From Spirochaetia bacterium (GTDB lineage: Bacteria; Spirochaetota; Spirochaetia; CADAEX01): 64,000 nucleotides of DNA. The stretch lies in contig JAGCGL010000060.1 of assembly GCA_017649605.1 (NCBI GenBank), positions 15,459-79,458 of the forward strand, in the 5' to 3' direction. The notes under the pieces were generated by a model. The model was given only the letters and a program-made list of their open reading frames with translations. It did not search any database and was not told where the DNA came from. Shown piece after piece: positions 18,575-27,310 of this stretch. Made by a program: the position numbers and the translations under genes. Each line of letters starts with the position of its first letter. Within the stretch, counting starts at the first letter, position 1.

Positions 18575-19211
18575 TCAAAAGGTGAGATCTGAGTATTACA
18601 TGGCATGCGCAGACAAGATAATCGCTGCTATGCAGACCAGGCAGATGGAGTGTATCTATTTCGAGAAGAAGAAAGATATGCTTGAGTATCTGGAGGCAAC
18701 TATCCCTGCCAAGGCCACTGCCTCCTGGGGCGGCTCCATGTCGCTGTACGAGTCCGGAGTTGTAGACCTGCTCCGGGGCGGACTGTGCAAGATCATAGAC
18801 CGGGACAGCGCAAAGACACCGGAAGAGGCCCACAAATGCATGCACCAGGCTTTCAACGCAGACTATTACTTCCTCAGTGCAAATGCCATAACCATGGATG
18901 GAAAGCTGGTGAACATCGACGGCAACGGCAACCGGGTCGCAGCCCTTATCTACGGTCCTAAGACTGTGTATGTGGTCGCCGGTATGAACAAGGTGGTTAA
19001 GGATGAGGATGCTGCCATGGACAGGATAAAGAACATGGCTGCCCCTATGAACGCTATGCGTCTTACAACAGGCGCCCCATGCATCAAGACAGGAAACTGC
19101 ATGCACTGCAAGGGAAGCGGCACAATCTGCTGCCACACCGTGATCACCCGCTACTCACGCCACCCAGGCCGGATCAAGGTGCTGCTGGTGGGCGAGGAAC
19201 TTGGCTACTGA
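18564..19211 (+). CDS. LUD (lactate utilization, DUF162) domain protein
   Basis: About 215 aa with YkgG/LutC-like similarity. ATG 18564 has GGAGGA 7 nt upstream (the track start at 18558 is GTG). It overlaps the kinase gene end. Confidence 0.65.
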   Translation: MVTNQKVRSEYYMACADKIIAAMQTRQMECIYFEKKKDMLEYLEATIPAKATASWGGSMSLYESGVVDLLRGGLCKIIDRDSAKTPEEAHKCMHQAFNADYYFLSANAITMDGKLVNIDGNGNRVAALIYGPKTVYVVAGMNKVVKDEDAAMDRIKNMAAPMNAMRLTTGAPCIKTGNCMHCKGSGTICCHTVITRYSRHPGRIKVLLVGEELGY

Positions 19212-19252
19212 GCTTTTTTTTAGTATATTTAGGTGAAGATTTGGGAGGAAAA

Positions 19253-19804
19253 ATGAAAATAGGAAAAAATACTGTTGTTACATTTGATTATATCCTCAAG
19301 GACGAGGACGGCAATGTTCTCGAGGATACCGAAGGACAGGGCTCAAGCTATCTGCACGGCTACGGCAACCTGCTGCCTGCCCTGGAGGAGGCACTTGAGG
19401 GACTGGAGCCTGGCGACACACTTCAGAAGAAGCTGACTGTGGACGAGGGTTTCGGAGCTTACGACGATTCTCTGGTAATCTCTTTCCCTATTTCCGAGTT
19501 CGGCGACAACAAGCCGGAGGTGGGACAGGAGATCCTTATGCCTAACGACGAAGGTGATGATGTTATCTTCGAGGTAGTGGAGATTGAGGACGGCATGGTT
19601 ACACTGGACGGGAACCACCCTTATGCCGATATGCCATTGGATTTCGACATCTATATCACCGATGTGCGGGAAGCTACCCCCGAGGAGATTGCTAACGGCG
19701 ACATCGAGTATGATGACTGCTGCTGCGACGATGACTGCGACTGTGATGACGACTGCTGCAATGACGGACACGACTCAGGCTGCGACTGCGGCTGCTGCCA
19801 TTGA
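19253..19804 (+). CDS. slyD: FKBP-type peptidyl-prolyl isomerase SlyD with a Cys/Asp-rich tail
   Basis: MKIGKNTVVTFDYILKDEDGNVLEDT is a typical SlyD N-terminus. The start was moved to ATG 19253 (SD GGGAGGAAAA). The tail reads DDCCCDDDCDCDDDCCNDGHDSGCDCGCCH. Confidence 0.8.
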   Translation: MKIGKNTVVTFDYILKDEDGNVLEDTEGQGSSYLHGYGNLLPALEEALEGLEPGDTLQKKLTVDEGFGAYDDSLVISFPISEFGDNKPEVGQEILMPNDEGDDVIFEVVEIEDGMVTLDGNHPYADMPLDFDIYITDVREATPEEIANGDIEYDDCCCDDDCDCDDDCCNDGHDSGCDCGCCH

Positions 19805-19820
19805 GCTGTCCATCTGACTG

Positions 19821-20357
19821 TCAGAAGGTGGAGCAGAAATGCTCCACTTTTTTTTGCACCTCTGGATCATCCTTATAAGCAGGGCCGGTAGCCACAATAA
19901 TATCCTCCACCAAGAGGTTGTAGCCGTCCAGGGTCTTTTTGACCTGGCTCATCATATCCTTATAGTAAGCTTTATCTGTTGCCCCCTGGGCAAATACCAA
20001 AAGAGCCCTCTTGGGCTTGAGGCGCGGCTTACGGCTGGCATCCTTAAGGCAGTAGAGCCTGTCTATGAACATCTTCAGCTGGGCTGTGACATTGCCCATA
20101 TAGACTGGAGACCCGATCAGAACCACATCGGAGTCAGGGAGCTCCTCTATCAGCTTGGTAAGCTTGTCATCAACAGCACACTTATCCCCTTCCTTACGGC
20201 AATATCCACAGGCCTGGCAGCCATGGAGCTCAAACTGGTTAAGGACTACAACCTTGCCAAAATGCCCTTTCTCGGCCCCTTTCTCCAGTATGTCCAGGAG
20301 TATGGAATTGGTCACCCCCTCCACCCGCGGACTTCCAGAAACAGCTGTTATTCTCAT
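19821..20357 (-). CDS. flavodoxin-fold NAD(P)H-dependent FMN reductase, iron-sulfur flavoprotein-like
   Basis: 178 aa. It has a compact Cys motif CQACGYCRKEGDKC (CX2CX2CX6C) after the N-terminal flavodoxin-like strand MRITAVSGSPR. Confidence 0.65.
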   Translation of the reverse strand: MRITAVSGSPRVEGVTNSILLDILEKGAEKGHFGKVVVLNQFELHGCQACGYCRKEGDKCAVDDKLTKLIEELPDSDVVLIGSPVYMGNVTAQLKMFIDRLYCLKDASRKPRLKPKRALLVFAQGATDKAYYKDMMSQVKKTLDGYNLLVEDIIVATGPAYKDDPEVQKKVEHFCSTF

Positions 20358-20466
20358 GGTATCTCCAAAAATTTCATTTTTTCTTGATTATACTATGTAC
20401 TAAAACAAAAAAAAAGGTTAAACTCATTGAACGTGAAATAAAAATCTCTTAAAAAGGAGTCTGGCT

Positions 20467-20553
20467 ATGCCTTGCGGAAGAAAACGGAAAAGACATAAGA
20501 TCGCAACTCATAAAAGAAAGAAAAAGCTGAGAAAGAACAGACATAAGAAGTAA
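20467..20553 (+). CDS. 28-aa highly basic peptide (AURKAIP1/bS22-like small ribosome-associated protein candidate)
   Basis: Not in the ORF track. SD AAGGAG lies 8 nt upstream. Hand translation is MPCGRKRKRHKIATHKRKKKLRKNRHKK. Confidence 0.55.
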   Translation: MPCGRKRKRHKIATHKRKKKLRKNRHKK

Positions 20554-20565
20554 TTCCTCTTAGGT

Positions 20566-20595
20566 TTGACAATTACCGATTATACGGTGTATAAT
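20566..20595 (+). promoter_or_regulatory. sigma70-type promoter of the ferredoxin gene
   Basis: TTGACA at 20566-20571, an 18-nt spacer and TATAAT at 20590-20595. An SD (AAAGGAG) precedes ATG 20628. Confidence 0.6.
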
Positions 20596-20627
20596 ATTTA
20601 GGTTAATATTAATTAAAGGAGCATGAA

Positions 20628-20801
20628 ATGGCATATTCTATCAAGGCAGACGAATGTCTGAACTGCGGTGCTTGCGAAGGCGAATGCCCAAACGAAGCAA
20701 TCAGCGAACAGGATGGAAAGAGAGTAATTGCTGCTGACAAGTGTGTTTCTTGCGGTTGCTGCAAAGATGCATGCCCAGCTGATGCAATTGTAGAAGGCTG
20801 A
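20628..20801 (+). CDS. 2x[4Fe-4S] ferredoxin
   Basis: Not in the track as a plus-strand ORF (57 aa). Hand translation MAYSIKADECLNCGACEGECPNEAISEQDGKRVIAADKCVSCGCCKDACPADAIVEG contains two CxxCxxCxxxCP motifs. Confidence 0.85.
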   Translation: MAYSIKADECLNCGACEGECPNEAISEQDGKRVIAADKCVSCGCCKDACPADAIVEG

Positions 20802-20821
20802 TCATAAACCAATATGATGGA

Positions 20822-20847
20822 AGTCCCCGCAAGGGGACTTTTTTTTT
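20822..20847 (+). terminator. rho-independent terminator after the ferredoxin gene
   Basis: AGTCCCC-GCAA-GGGGACT followed by a run of 8 T. Confidence 0.8.
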
Positions 20848-20929
20848 GTCTTTTATACTTTTCTCAAAAATTTTCAACTTTTTTCAGGAAAATTGAAGCA
20901 AAATGATTTTTTTTGTTGTTAAGAAAGGT

Positions 20930-21586
20930 ATGAACATAAAGACAATGCCTCCTGAAGAGAGGCCAAGAGAAAAGTTATTATCCTGCGGGTCGGCCTACCT
21001 TTCCGATGTGGAGCTTATGGCAGTTATGCTGGGAAGCGGCATCAGGGGAAAGGATATTTTTGCTCTGTCGGAGGAGATTGTGCGGGAAATCGACAGCAGG
21101 GGTATCGGCATAGGGATTGAAGACCTGCTCCGGACCGAGGGGCTGGGGCTGGCCAAAGCCACAACCCTGGCTGCCTCCTTTGAGTTTGCAAGGCGGCGGC
21201 TTCTGCCCAGCACCATGCGGATACGGTTTCCAAAGGATATACTCCCGGCGGTGGCCCACTATGCCGACCGTCCACAGGAATATTTTATATGCCTCTCCCT
21301 GAACGGTGCCCACGAGATCACCCACACCAGGGTTGTCTCCATAGGGCTTGTGAACCGCACCATGGTCCACCCCCGGGAAGTGTTTGCAGACCCAATCAAG
21401 GACAGGGCCGCCGCCATTATATGCGCCCACAACCACCCCAGCGGCAGCACCGAGCCCAGCAGGGAGGACCGGGATGTGACCGAGATGATAAAGCAGGCCG
21501 GGAAGATTCTGGGGATAGAGCTCCTTGACCACATAATTTTTTCTCCCAGGGGCTATTATAGCTTTGCAGAAAAAAAGGAACTGTAG
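20930..21586 (+). CDS. radC: RadC-family (JAB/MPN domain) protein
   Basis: PEERPREKLL is the RadC N-terminus and HNHPSGSTEPSREDRDVT is the JAMM motif. The start was moved to ATG 20930 (MNIKT). Confidence 0.85.
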   Translation: MNIKTMPPEERPREKLLSCGSAYLSDVELMAVMLGSGIRGKDIFALSEEIVREIDSRGIGIGIEDLLRTEGLGLAKATTLAASFEFARRRLLPSTMRIRFPKDILPAVAHYADRPQEYFICLSLNGAHEITHTRVVSIGLVNRTMVHPREVFADPIKDRAAAIICAHNHPSGSTEPSREDRDVTEMIKQAGKILGIELLDHIIFSPRGYYSFAEKKEL

Positions 21587-21598
21587 TAATATAGCTTT

Positions 21599-21793
21599 AT
21601 GGATGATAAACTGATCTTTATTAACGGATTCAGCCGGGAAGAGGTGTTCGAGATAATGCGGGCCATCAAGAAGGTGGTCAAAGAGCCTCAGGATGTGGCT
21701 TTCTGCATGGGTACTCCCGACAATATGTCTTTTACTGTAAAGGAGCTGATCAGCCAGGTGACCGAAGAGCACCGGATGATGACAAAGAAATGA
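21599..21793 (+). CDS. DUF3783-like small protein
   Basis: 64 aa. The pattern INGFSREEVFEIMRAIKK...TPDNMSFTVKELISQVTEEH resembles the DUF3783 C-terminal region as I remember it. An ATGA overlap joins it to the CDF gene. Confidence 0.45.
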   Translation: MDDKLIFINGFSREEVFEIMRAIKKVVKEPQDVAFCMGTPDNMSFTVKELISQVTEEHRMMTKK

Positions 21794-22902
21794 ACCACAC
21801 AGACTATGGCAAAAGGGCCAGTATAATCGGAATCTGCTGCAATGTGCTCCTCTGTCTGGGCAAGCTGGCCGCAGGTTATATAAGCGGAAGTATCTCGATC
21901 GTGGCAGACGGTCTTAACAACTTATCAGATGCCTCCGGGAATGCAGTAAGTTTCCTGGGATTCAAGCTGGGGGAGAAGAAGCCTGATGCAGAGCACCCCT
22001 ATGGCCATGCCCGGTACGAGTATCTGGCAGGGCTAACTGTCTCTGTAATCGTCCTTGCCCTCGGTCTTTCCCTGTGCAAGGAGGCTGTCCTTAAGCTTAT
22101 CCATCCGGAACCCCTCACATTCAGCTGGCTCTCTATAGTTATTCTTGCCGTATCCATTGCAGTCAAGCTCTGGATGAGCCGTTACAGCCGGAAAGTTGGG
22201 GAGAAGATAGGCTCTGACACACTCAAGGCGGTGGCCATAGACAGCAGGAACGATGTTATCGCCACCTCTGCAGTCCTTGCGGGAATCATTTTCACATACA
22301 ACACAGACATACTTTGGCTGGATGGCTTACTGGGCCTTCTGGTGGCTCTTTTCATCATCTACAGCGGAGTAGAGCTGGTGCGGGAAATGCTATCTCCCCT
22401 TCTGGGCGAAAGTCCCGACCCTGAGCTGGTCAAACAGATAGAGGAGAAGGTGCTCAGCTACCCCAATGTGCTTGGAATCCACGACCTTATGGTGCACGAC
22501 TACGGCCCGGGACACACCTTTGCAAGCCTCCATGTGGAGATGCCTGCCGAGATGGATGTAATGGAGAGCCATGACCTGATAGACTGCATAGAGAACGACC
22601 TGACTGCAGAAGGAGTGCAGACCTCGATCCACTTTGACCCTATTGTGACCGAGGACAGCCGTGTGGCAGACATGCGCCTTGCCATAGCTGGAAAGGTCAA
22701 GGAGCTGGACAGCAGCCTTACTATACACGACCTGCGGCTTGTGATAGGCCCTTCCCACACAAATGTCCTCTTCGACCTGGTGTTCCCAGCCGGTTTCAAA
22801 GGAGATACATCCTATGTGGTCAAAGAGGTTGAGGCATTCATCAAGAGCCTGAGCGAGAAGAATATTCCTAAGATAAAGGTGGAACAGGGCTACACCCGGT
22901 AA
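21790..22902 (+). CDS. cation diffusion facilitator family transporter
   Basis: 370 aa. Motifs SIVADGLNNLSD and HPYGHARYEY are present, with 6 TM helices and a C-terminal cytoplasmic domain. Confidence 0.85.
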   Translation: MNHTDYGKRASIIGICCNVLLCLGKLAAGYISGSISIVADGLNNLSDASGNAVSFLGFKLGEKKPDAEHPYGHARYEYLAGLTVSVIVLALGLSLCKEAVLKLIHPEPLTFSWLSIVILAVSIAVKLWMSRYSRKVGEKIGSDTLKAVAIDSRNDVIATSAVLAGIIFTYNTDILWLDGLLGLLVALFIIYSGVELVREMLSPLLGESPDPELVKQIEEKVLSYPNVLGIHDLMVHDYGPGHTFASLHVEMPAEMDVMESHDLIDCIENDLTAEGVQTSIHFDPIVTEDSRVADMRLAIAGKVKELDSSLTIHDLRLVIGPSHTNVLFDLVFPAGFKGDTSYVVKEVEAFIKSLSEKNIPKIKVEQGYTR

Positions 22903-22904
22903 TG

Positions 22905-24248
22905 TCAGATATCCTGACCATCCTCTTTTGGAAGCCTGCCGAAGAAGTAGAGGACAAAAGGCAGCATCATAGGGGCTGACAGCAGGAGGGCCAGGGGCTG
23001 TGCCTCCTGGATACCTGCAAGACCCCGGAAGTAGGAAAGTATAAAAAGAATCGGTATAAAAAGCAGACCACTCCTGAGCGCAGAGACTATCGATGCAGAA
23101 AGCCGGTGCCCCGTGCTCTGGAACAGCATCTCGGTGGCCATACATGGCGGCAGAAGCAGAGATGCGGCGGCATGGAGACGCAGTGCCCTCTTTCCTATGA
23201 CTACAACAGAGGGGTCGTTTCTCAGAAGTCTTACCAGCTGGGGGGCAAAAACGATCAGAATTATAACACCCACCACAATAATGCTCTCTGCAGCCATGAT
23301 TGTAAAACGGTAACCCTGCCTGATCCGTGAATATCGTTTTGCCCCATAGTTATAGGCCGACACAGGCTGGAACCCCTGCCCCACCCCGAGGGCAAAGGAG
23401 AATGTGAAGAATGTGAGCCTGGAGACAATGCTCATGGCAGCCACAGCCGCATCGCCATAGATGGCACACTGGGCGTTGAGGAATACGGTGGTCAGGCTGT
23501 GGAGCCCCTGTCGGAGCAGGCTGGGAAAGCCTGTGGCCATAATATTGCCCACATGGGCAGGGGTTGCCTTCAGGGCCTGCTTTATAGAAAGTTGGGTCTC
23601 TGTCTTTCCCCGCTTGAACATGGAGACCAGGATAGACCAACTTATGAACTGGCTTATGGCTGTGGAAAGGCCTGCTCCGGCAATCCCCATCTTAAGGGCA
23701 AACATGAAGAGGGGATCCATGGCCATATTGAGGACAGCACCTGTCATCATACCCATCATTCCAAGCCTTGCCTTCCCTTCGTACCGGAGGAAGTTGTTCA
23801 GGGTAAAGCTGCTGGCCATAAATGGGGCGGCAATAAGGATGAAGGAGATATAAGTCTTGGCATAAGGAGCTATAGTGGGGGTGCTGCCCAGGAACATCAC
23901 TATAGGGTCAAGCCAGATAAAGCCGATTATAGCGATACACAGACCACAGAGCATACAGCTGAGGAAACCGGCCGACGCATGGAGGTTGGCTCTCTCCCTG
24001 TCCTTTGCCCCCAGGGCACGGGAAAGGATGCTGCCGCCCCCCTGACCGAACATGAAGCCGAAAGCCTGAATAATAGCCATAAAGCCGAAAACTATGCCTA
24101 CCGCACCGCTGGCACTGGTCCCCAACAGCCCTACAAAGGCAGTATCCACCATGTTGTAGAGGTTGCTCACCATCATGGTTATGATGCTTGGGACAGCCAG
24201 CCGGAGGATAAGCCCCGGAACTGGCATGTCTGTCATTCTGTCGTTCAT
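22905..24248 (-). CDS. MATE family efflux transporter
   Basis: 447 aa, about 12 TM helices, with a MATE-type N-terminus (LAVPSIITMMVSNLYNMVDTAFVG). Confidence 0.85.
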   Translation of the reverse strand: MNDRMTDMPVPGLILRLAVPSIITMMVSNLYNMVDTAFVGLLGTSASGAVGIVFGFMAIIQAFGFMFGQGGGSILSRALGAKDRERANLHASAGFLSCMLCGLCIAIIGFIWLDPIVMFLGSTPTIAPYAKTYISFILIAAPFMASSFTLNNFLRYEGKARLGMMGMMTGAVLNMAMDPLFMFALKMGIAGAGLSTAISQFISWSILVSMFKRGKTETQLSIKQALKATPAHVGNIMATGFPSLLRQGLHSLTTVFLNAQCAIYGDAAVAAMSIVSRLTFFTFSFALGVGQGFQPVSAYNYGAKRYSRIRQGYRFTIMAAESIIVVGVIILIVFAPQLVRLLRNDPSVVVIGKRALRLHAAASLLLPPCMATEMLFQSTGHRLSASIVSALRSGLLFIPILFILSYFRGLAGIQEAQPLALLLSAPMMLPFVLYFFGRLPKEDGQDI

Positions 24249-25375
24249 TTTGATACCCTGATCAGACGCAGAATATCAGCAGCTGTATGATGTAAGTTTT
24301 CTGCACTGAAAGTACAGCTCTCGGCCAGGGGAACCGGCAGACGGTTTATTGTGAAAACAGAGGTGACACCCTGCTCATAGGCACTTTGAATCTCTGAATC
24401 CCTTACACCGCCTACTATGGCAATCACAGGTTTATCCTGCAGCTTTGCCCGGCCCGCAATACCAGATACTACTTTTCCGCACAAACTCTGGCCATCTAAA
24501 AGACCTTCTCCTGTAAAAATATAATCTGCATCCTTTATCAAGGAATCGAAGTGGACAATATCCAGCACCACCTGGATTCCGGGGAGCAGCTTTGATCCAA
24601 GGAAGGCCAGCATACCGGCCCCCATAGCCCCGGCGGCACCAGCACCGCTTGCGGTGCTCACCGGATACCCGGTGTCCCTGTCAAGGAGAGCGCCCAGATG
24701 CCGGAGCCCGGCATCCAGCTCTTCCACCATGGCAGCATCAGCCCCCTTCTGGGGACCGAAGACATAGGCAGCCCCGGTCGGCCCATACATAGGGTTTGTG
24801 ATATCGCACATGGCCTGTATCTCGATGCCCTCAAGGAGGGGGCTTTTAGTGTAGTCTATGCGCTCAATCCTTGACAGGGTGCCGCCGGTGGGTACAAACT
24901 CCTGCCCTGCCCCATCATAGAACTTTATACCAAGGGCAGCGGCCAGGCCGCAGGCTGCATCGTTGGTGCAGGAACCTCCAAGCCCCACTATTATTCTTTT
25001 TATTCCCCGCAGGGCAGCATCCAGAATCTGTTCCCCGACTCCATAGGTGGTAGTCTTTAGAGGATTCTTCCTCCCCTCCACCATAGGAAGTCCAGCGCAG
25101 GAGGCCATCTCGATCACCGCAGTACAGCCATCCTTAAGAATGCCATAACTGCAGTCCACATCATCAAAGAACGGTCCCTTTACCCTGACAGGCACAGGGG
25201 TGCCACCCACAGCCTCAAGGAATGCTGCTACAGTTCCCTCGCCCCCATCTGCAACAGGAATGGAGATAACATCAGAACCGGGGAAGATTTTTTCAATCTC
25301 CTCCTTCAGTATTGAGCATATCTGAGAGGAACTGAGGGTCCCCTTGAACGAGTCGGGAATCAGGACAAACTTCAT
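24245..25375 (-). CDS. glycerate kinase
   Basis: 376 aa. The N-terminus MKFVLIPDSFKGTLSS and the GEG...DGQS motif are typical of GlxK/GarK-family kinases. Confidence 0.85.
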   Translation of the reverse strand: MKFVLIPDSFKGTLSSSQICSILKEEIEKIFPGSDVISIPVADGGEGTVAAFLEAVGGTPVPVRVKGPFFDDVDCSYGILKDGCTAVIEMASCAGLPMVEGRKNPLKTTTYGVGEQILDAALRGIKRIIVGLGGSCTNDAACGLAAALGIKFYDGAGQEFVPTGGTLSRIERIDYTKSPLLEGIEIQAMCDITNPMYGPTGAAYVFGPQKGADAAMVEELDAGLRHLGALLDRDTGYPVSTASGAGAAGAMGAGMLAFLGSKLLPGIQVVLDIVHFDSLIKDADYIFTGEGLLDGQSLCGKVVSGIAGRAKLQDKPVIAIVGGVRDSEIQSAYEQGVTSVFTINRLPVPLAESCTFSAENLHHTAADILRLIRVSK

Positions 25376-25376
25376 T

Positions 25377-26654
25377 TTATTCCTTCACCATAACTGCTAC
25401 CCCGTCGGGAATGGCAGTCACACTATAATTATCTCTCTTGATAAGGGATTTTGCAAGTTCAAAAGCTTCTTCCAGGCTATGGGCCGGCATCAGGTGCATA
25501 TCCTTAACCATCTGGTCCGGACAGGAGGAGACAAAAATGACAGTGGCCTTAAGGAGCACCCGGGCCAGAATCTGGGACTGCCACTGGTCAGATTCGGTCT
25601 CCTCCGGCTTACGCATGGAGAAAGTCTTAAGCATATTGGTAAGGGACGGTTCGTCCCTGAAAGTCTGGTAGAAAGCCGGGGCACCATGGCCATCCACTGC
25701 TTCGGCGCACATTATTATGACACCACCCTCCTTTACCGAAGCCTCTGCCGCTGTCATTCCCTTGACAGCCTGGTAGATGTTCCTATCCATGGGGTAGCCG
25801 CCGTTGGTGGTGACAACTATGTCGGCCTTAACTGCATCGACCTGGCACTCCTTGATCAGGAAGTCGGTTCCCACCTTATGGGCCGCACCGCAGTCCCCCG
25901 CTACAGCAAAAACCGGCTTGTGCTCTGCATCGATTATGACATTGACTATGAAAGCCAGCTTTGCCTTCTCTGCAGCATAGAGCATATCCCTGTGAATTGG
26001 ATTATCCTTTAGAAGCCCGGTGCGGGCATGGTCGGAGGCGATGAACCTGTAGTTGTGATTGTAGGAGACTGACTCCCGGCTGGCAACTCCTGGCAGCACA
26101 CTTTTGCGCCCGCCTGAGAAACCTGCGAAGAAATGGGGCTCGATAAACCCTTCTGCCACCAGGAGGTCGGCCTCCACTGCCAGCCGGTTCAGCACAAGAC
26201 GCCCACCCGAGGGGAGCTCTCCTACATAAACCAGGTTGGCCTCATCATCGCAGTCGTGGACCACTATTTTCTCATTCTTTACAATATCGCAGCCGAACTT
26301 CTCCTCCAGCTCCTCTCGGGTGGTGGCCCGGTGCAAGCCGGTGGCTATAAGGATTGTTATATCGGCATCTGGGTTCTTGAGCCGTATCTCCTTTAGTATC
26401 TGTGGCATTATGATCCGGCTGGGCACGGGCCTGGTATGATCTGATGATATGACCACAATGCGTTTTTTTCCGGCAGCCAGGTCACATAACCGCCCGGTTC
26501 CTATAGGGTGTGTCAGTGCATGATACACCAGTTCAGCACCATCTGCTTCAGGCACATATTCATGAAGATGAGGTGTTATTATTCCTGCCAGATGTTCCTC
26601 TGGAACCTCTAATTTCAGGCTGCTTTTTCCATAGGGAAGAACAATAGTTCTCAT
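25377..26654 (-). CDS. LarA-family (DUF2088) nickel-pincer-dependent 2-hydroxyacid racemase/epimerase homolog
   Basis: 425 aa. Motifs LPYGKSSLKLEVP and SSDHTRPVP are typical of the LarA N-terminal domain. Confidence 0.75.
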   Translation of the reverse strand: MRTIVLPYGKSSLKLEVPEEHLAGIITPHLHEYVPEADGAELVYHALTHPIGTGRLCDLAAGKKRIVVISSDHTRPVPSRIIMPQILKEIRLKNPDADITILIATGLHRATTREELEEKFGCDIVKNEKIVVHDCDDEANLVYVGELPSGGRLVLNRLAVEADLLVAEGFIEPHFFAGFSGGRKSVLPGVASRESVSYNHNYRFIASDHARTGLLKDNPIHRDMLYAAEKAKLAFIVNVIIDAEHKPVFAVAGDCGAAHKVGTDFLIKECQVDAVKADIVVTTNGGYPMDRNIYQAVKGMTAAEASVKEGGVIIMCAEAVDGHGAPAFYQTFRDEPSLTNMLKTFSMRKPEETESDQWQSQILARVLLKATVIFVSSCPDQMVKDMHLMPAHSLEEAFELAKSLIKRDNYSVTAIPDGVAVMVKE

Positions 26655-27310
26655 GCATCCACCAGCCCTATATGGATAGCATATTTGATAAGCTCCACCA
26701 TGTTGGAGCAGTTAAGTTTCTGCATGATGTTGGTGCGGTGGTTTATAACTGTCTTTGAGCTTATGCAGAGCTCCTTGGCAATTTCGCGGATCTCCCGTCC
26801 TTCGGCAAGAAGCCTGAGCACCTCCTGCTCCCTCGAAGAGAGTGTATCGTAGGTGCTGTCGTCGGAGGCAAGCTCCATATTCTCCTCCGGTGCAATAAGG
26901 CTGGCGATAACCTTGCTGCTTATCCTGCTGTCCACATATGTCTCGCCGGAAAGAACCTTCTTTATCCCATCTATTATGCTCTCCATATCAGCTTCCTTGA
27001 GGATATAGCCTTTTGCCCCTGCCTTGAGGGATTCGGTTATGTAGATCACCTTGGAATACATAGAGAGCATGACTATCTTTATGCTCGGTTTTTTCTGGAG
27101 AATCTTTCTGGTCAGCTCTATGCCTGAGGCTCCGTAGAGAGATATATCCATCACTATAAGGTCGGGATTGAGGGTCATAGCCTTGTCATAGCCCTCTTCG
27201 CTGTTCCCAGCCTCGTATATTTTCCCCGCAATGTTTTTCTTTAACAGTTCCGAACCGATACTGGCCCTGATAGCCGGGTGGTCATCCACCAGTAAAATAG
27301 TATTAGCCAT
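26651..27310 (-). CDS. response regulator, NarL/LuxR family
   Basis: The receiver reads ILLVDDHPAIR...DLIVMDISL. The C-terminal LuxR HTH reads LSSREQEVLRLLAEGREIREIAKELCISSKTV. Confidence 0.85.
   Translation of the reverse strand: MANTILLVDDHPAIRASIGSELLKKNIAGKIYEAGNSEEGYDKAMTLNPDLIVMDISLYGASGIELTRKILQKKPSIKIVMLSMYSKVIYITESLKAGAKGYILKEADMESIIDGIKKVLSGETYVDSRISSKVIASLIAPEENMELASDDSTYDTLSSREQEVLRLLAEGREIREIAKELCISSKTVINHRTNIMQKLNCSNMVELIKYAIHIGLVDA

Noticed and set aside
20609-20812. The 67-aa minus-strand ORF in the track at the ferredoxin locus.
   Set aside because: The plus strand encodes a textbook 2x[4Fe-4S] ferredoxin with promoter, SD and terminator, so the minus ORF is its antisense shadow.
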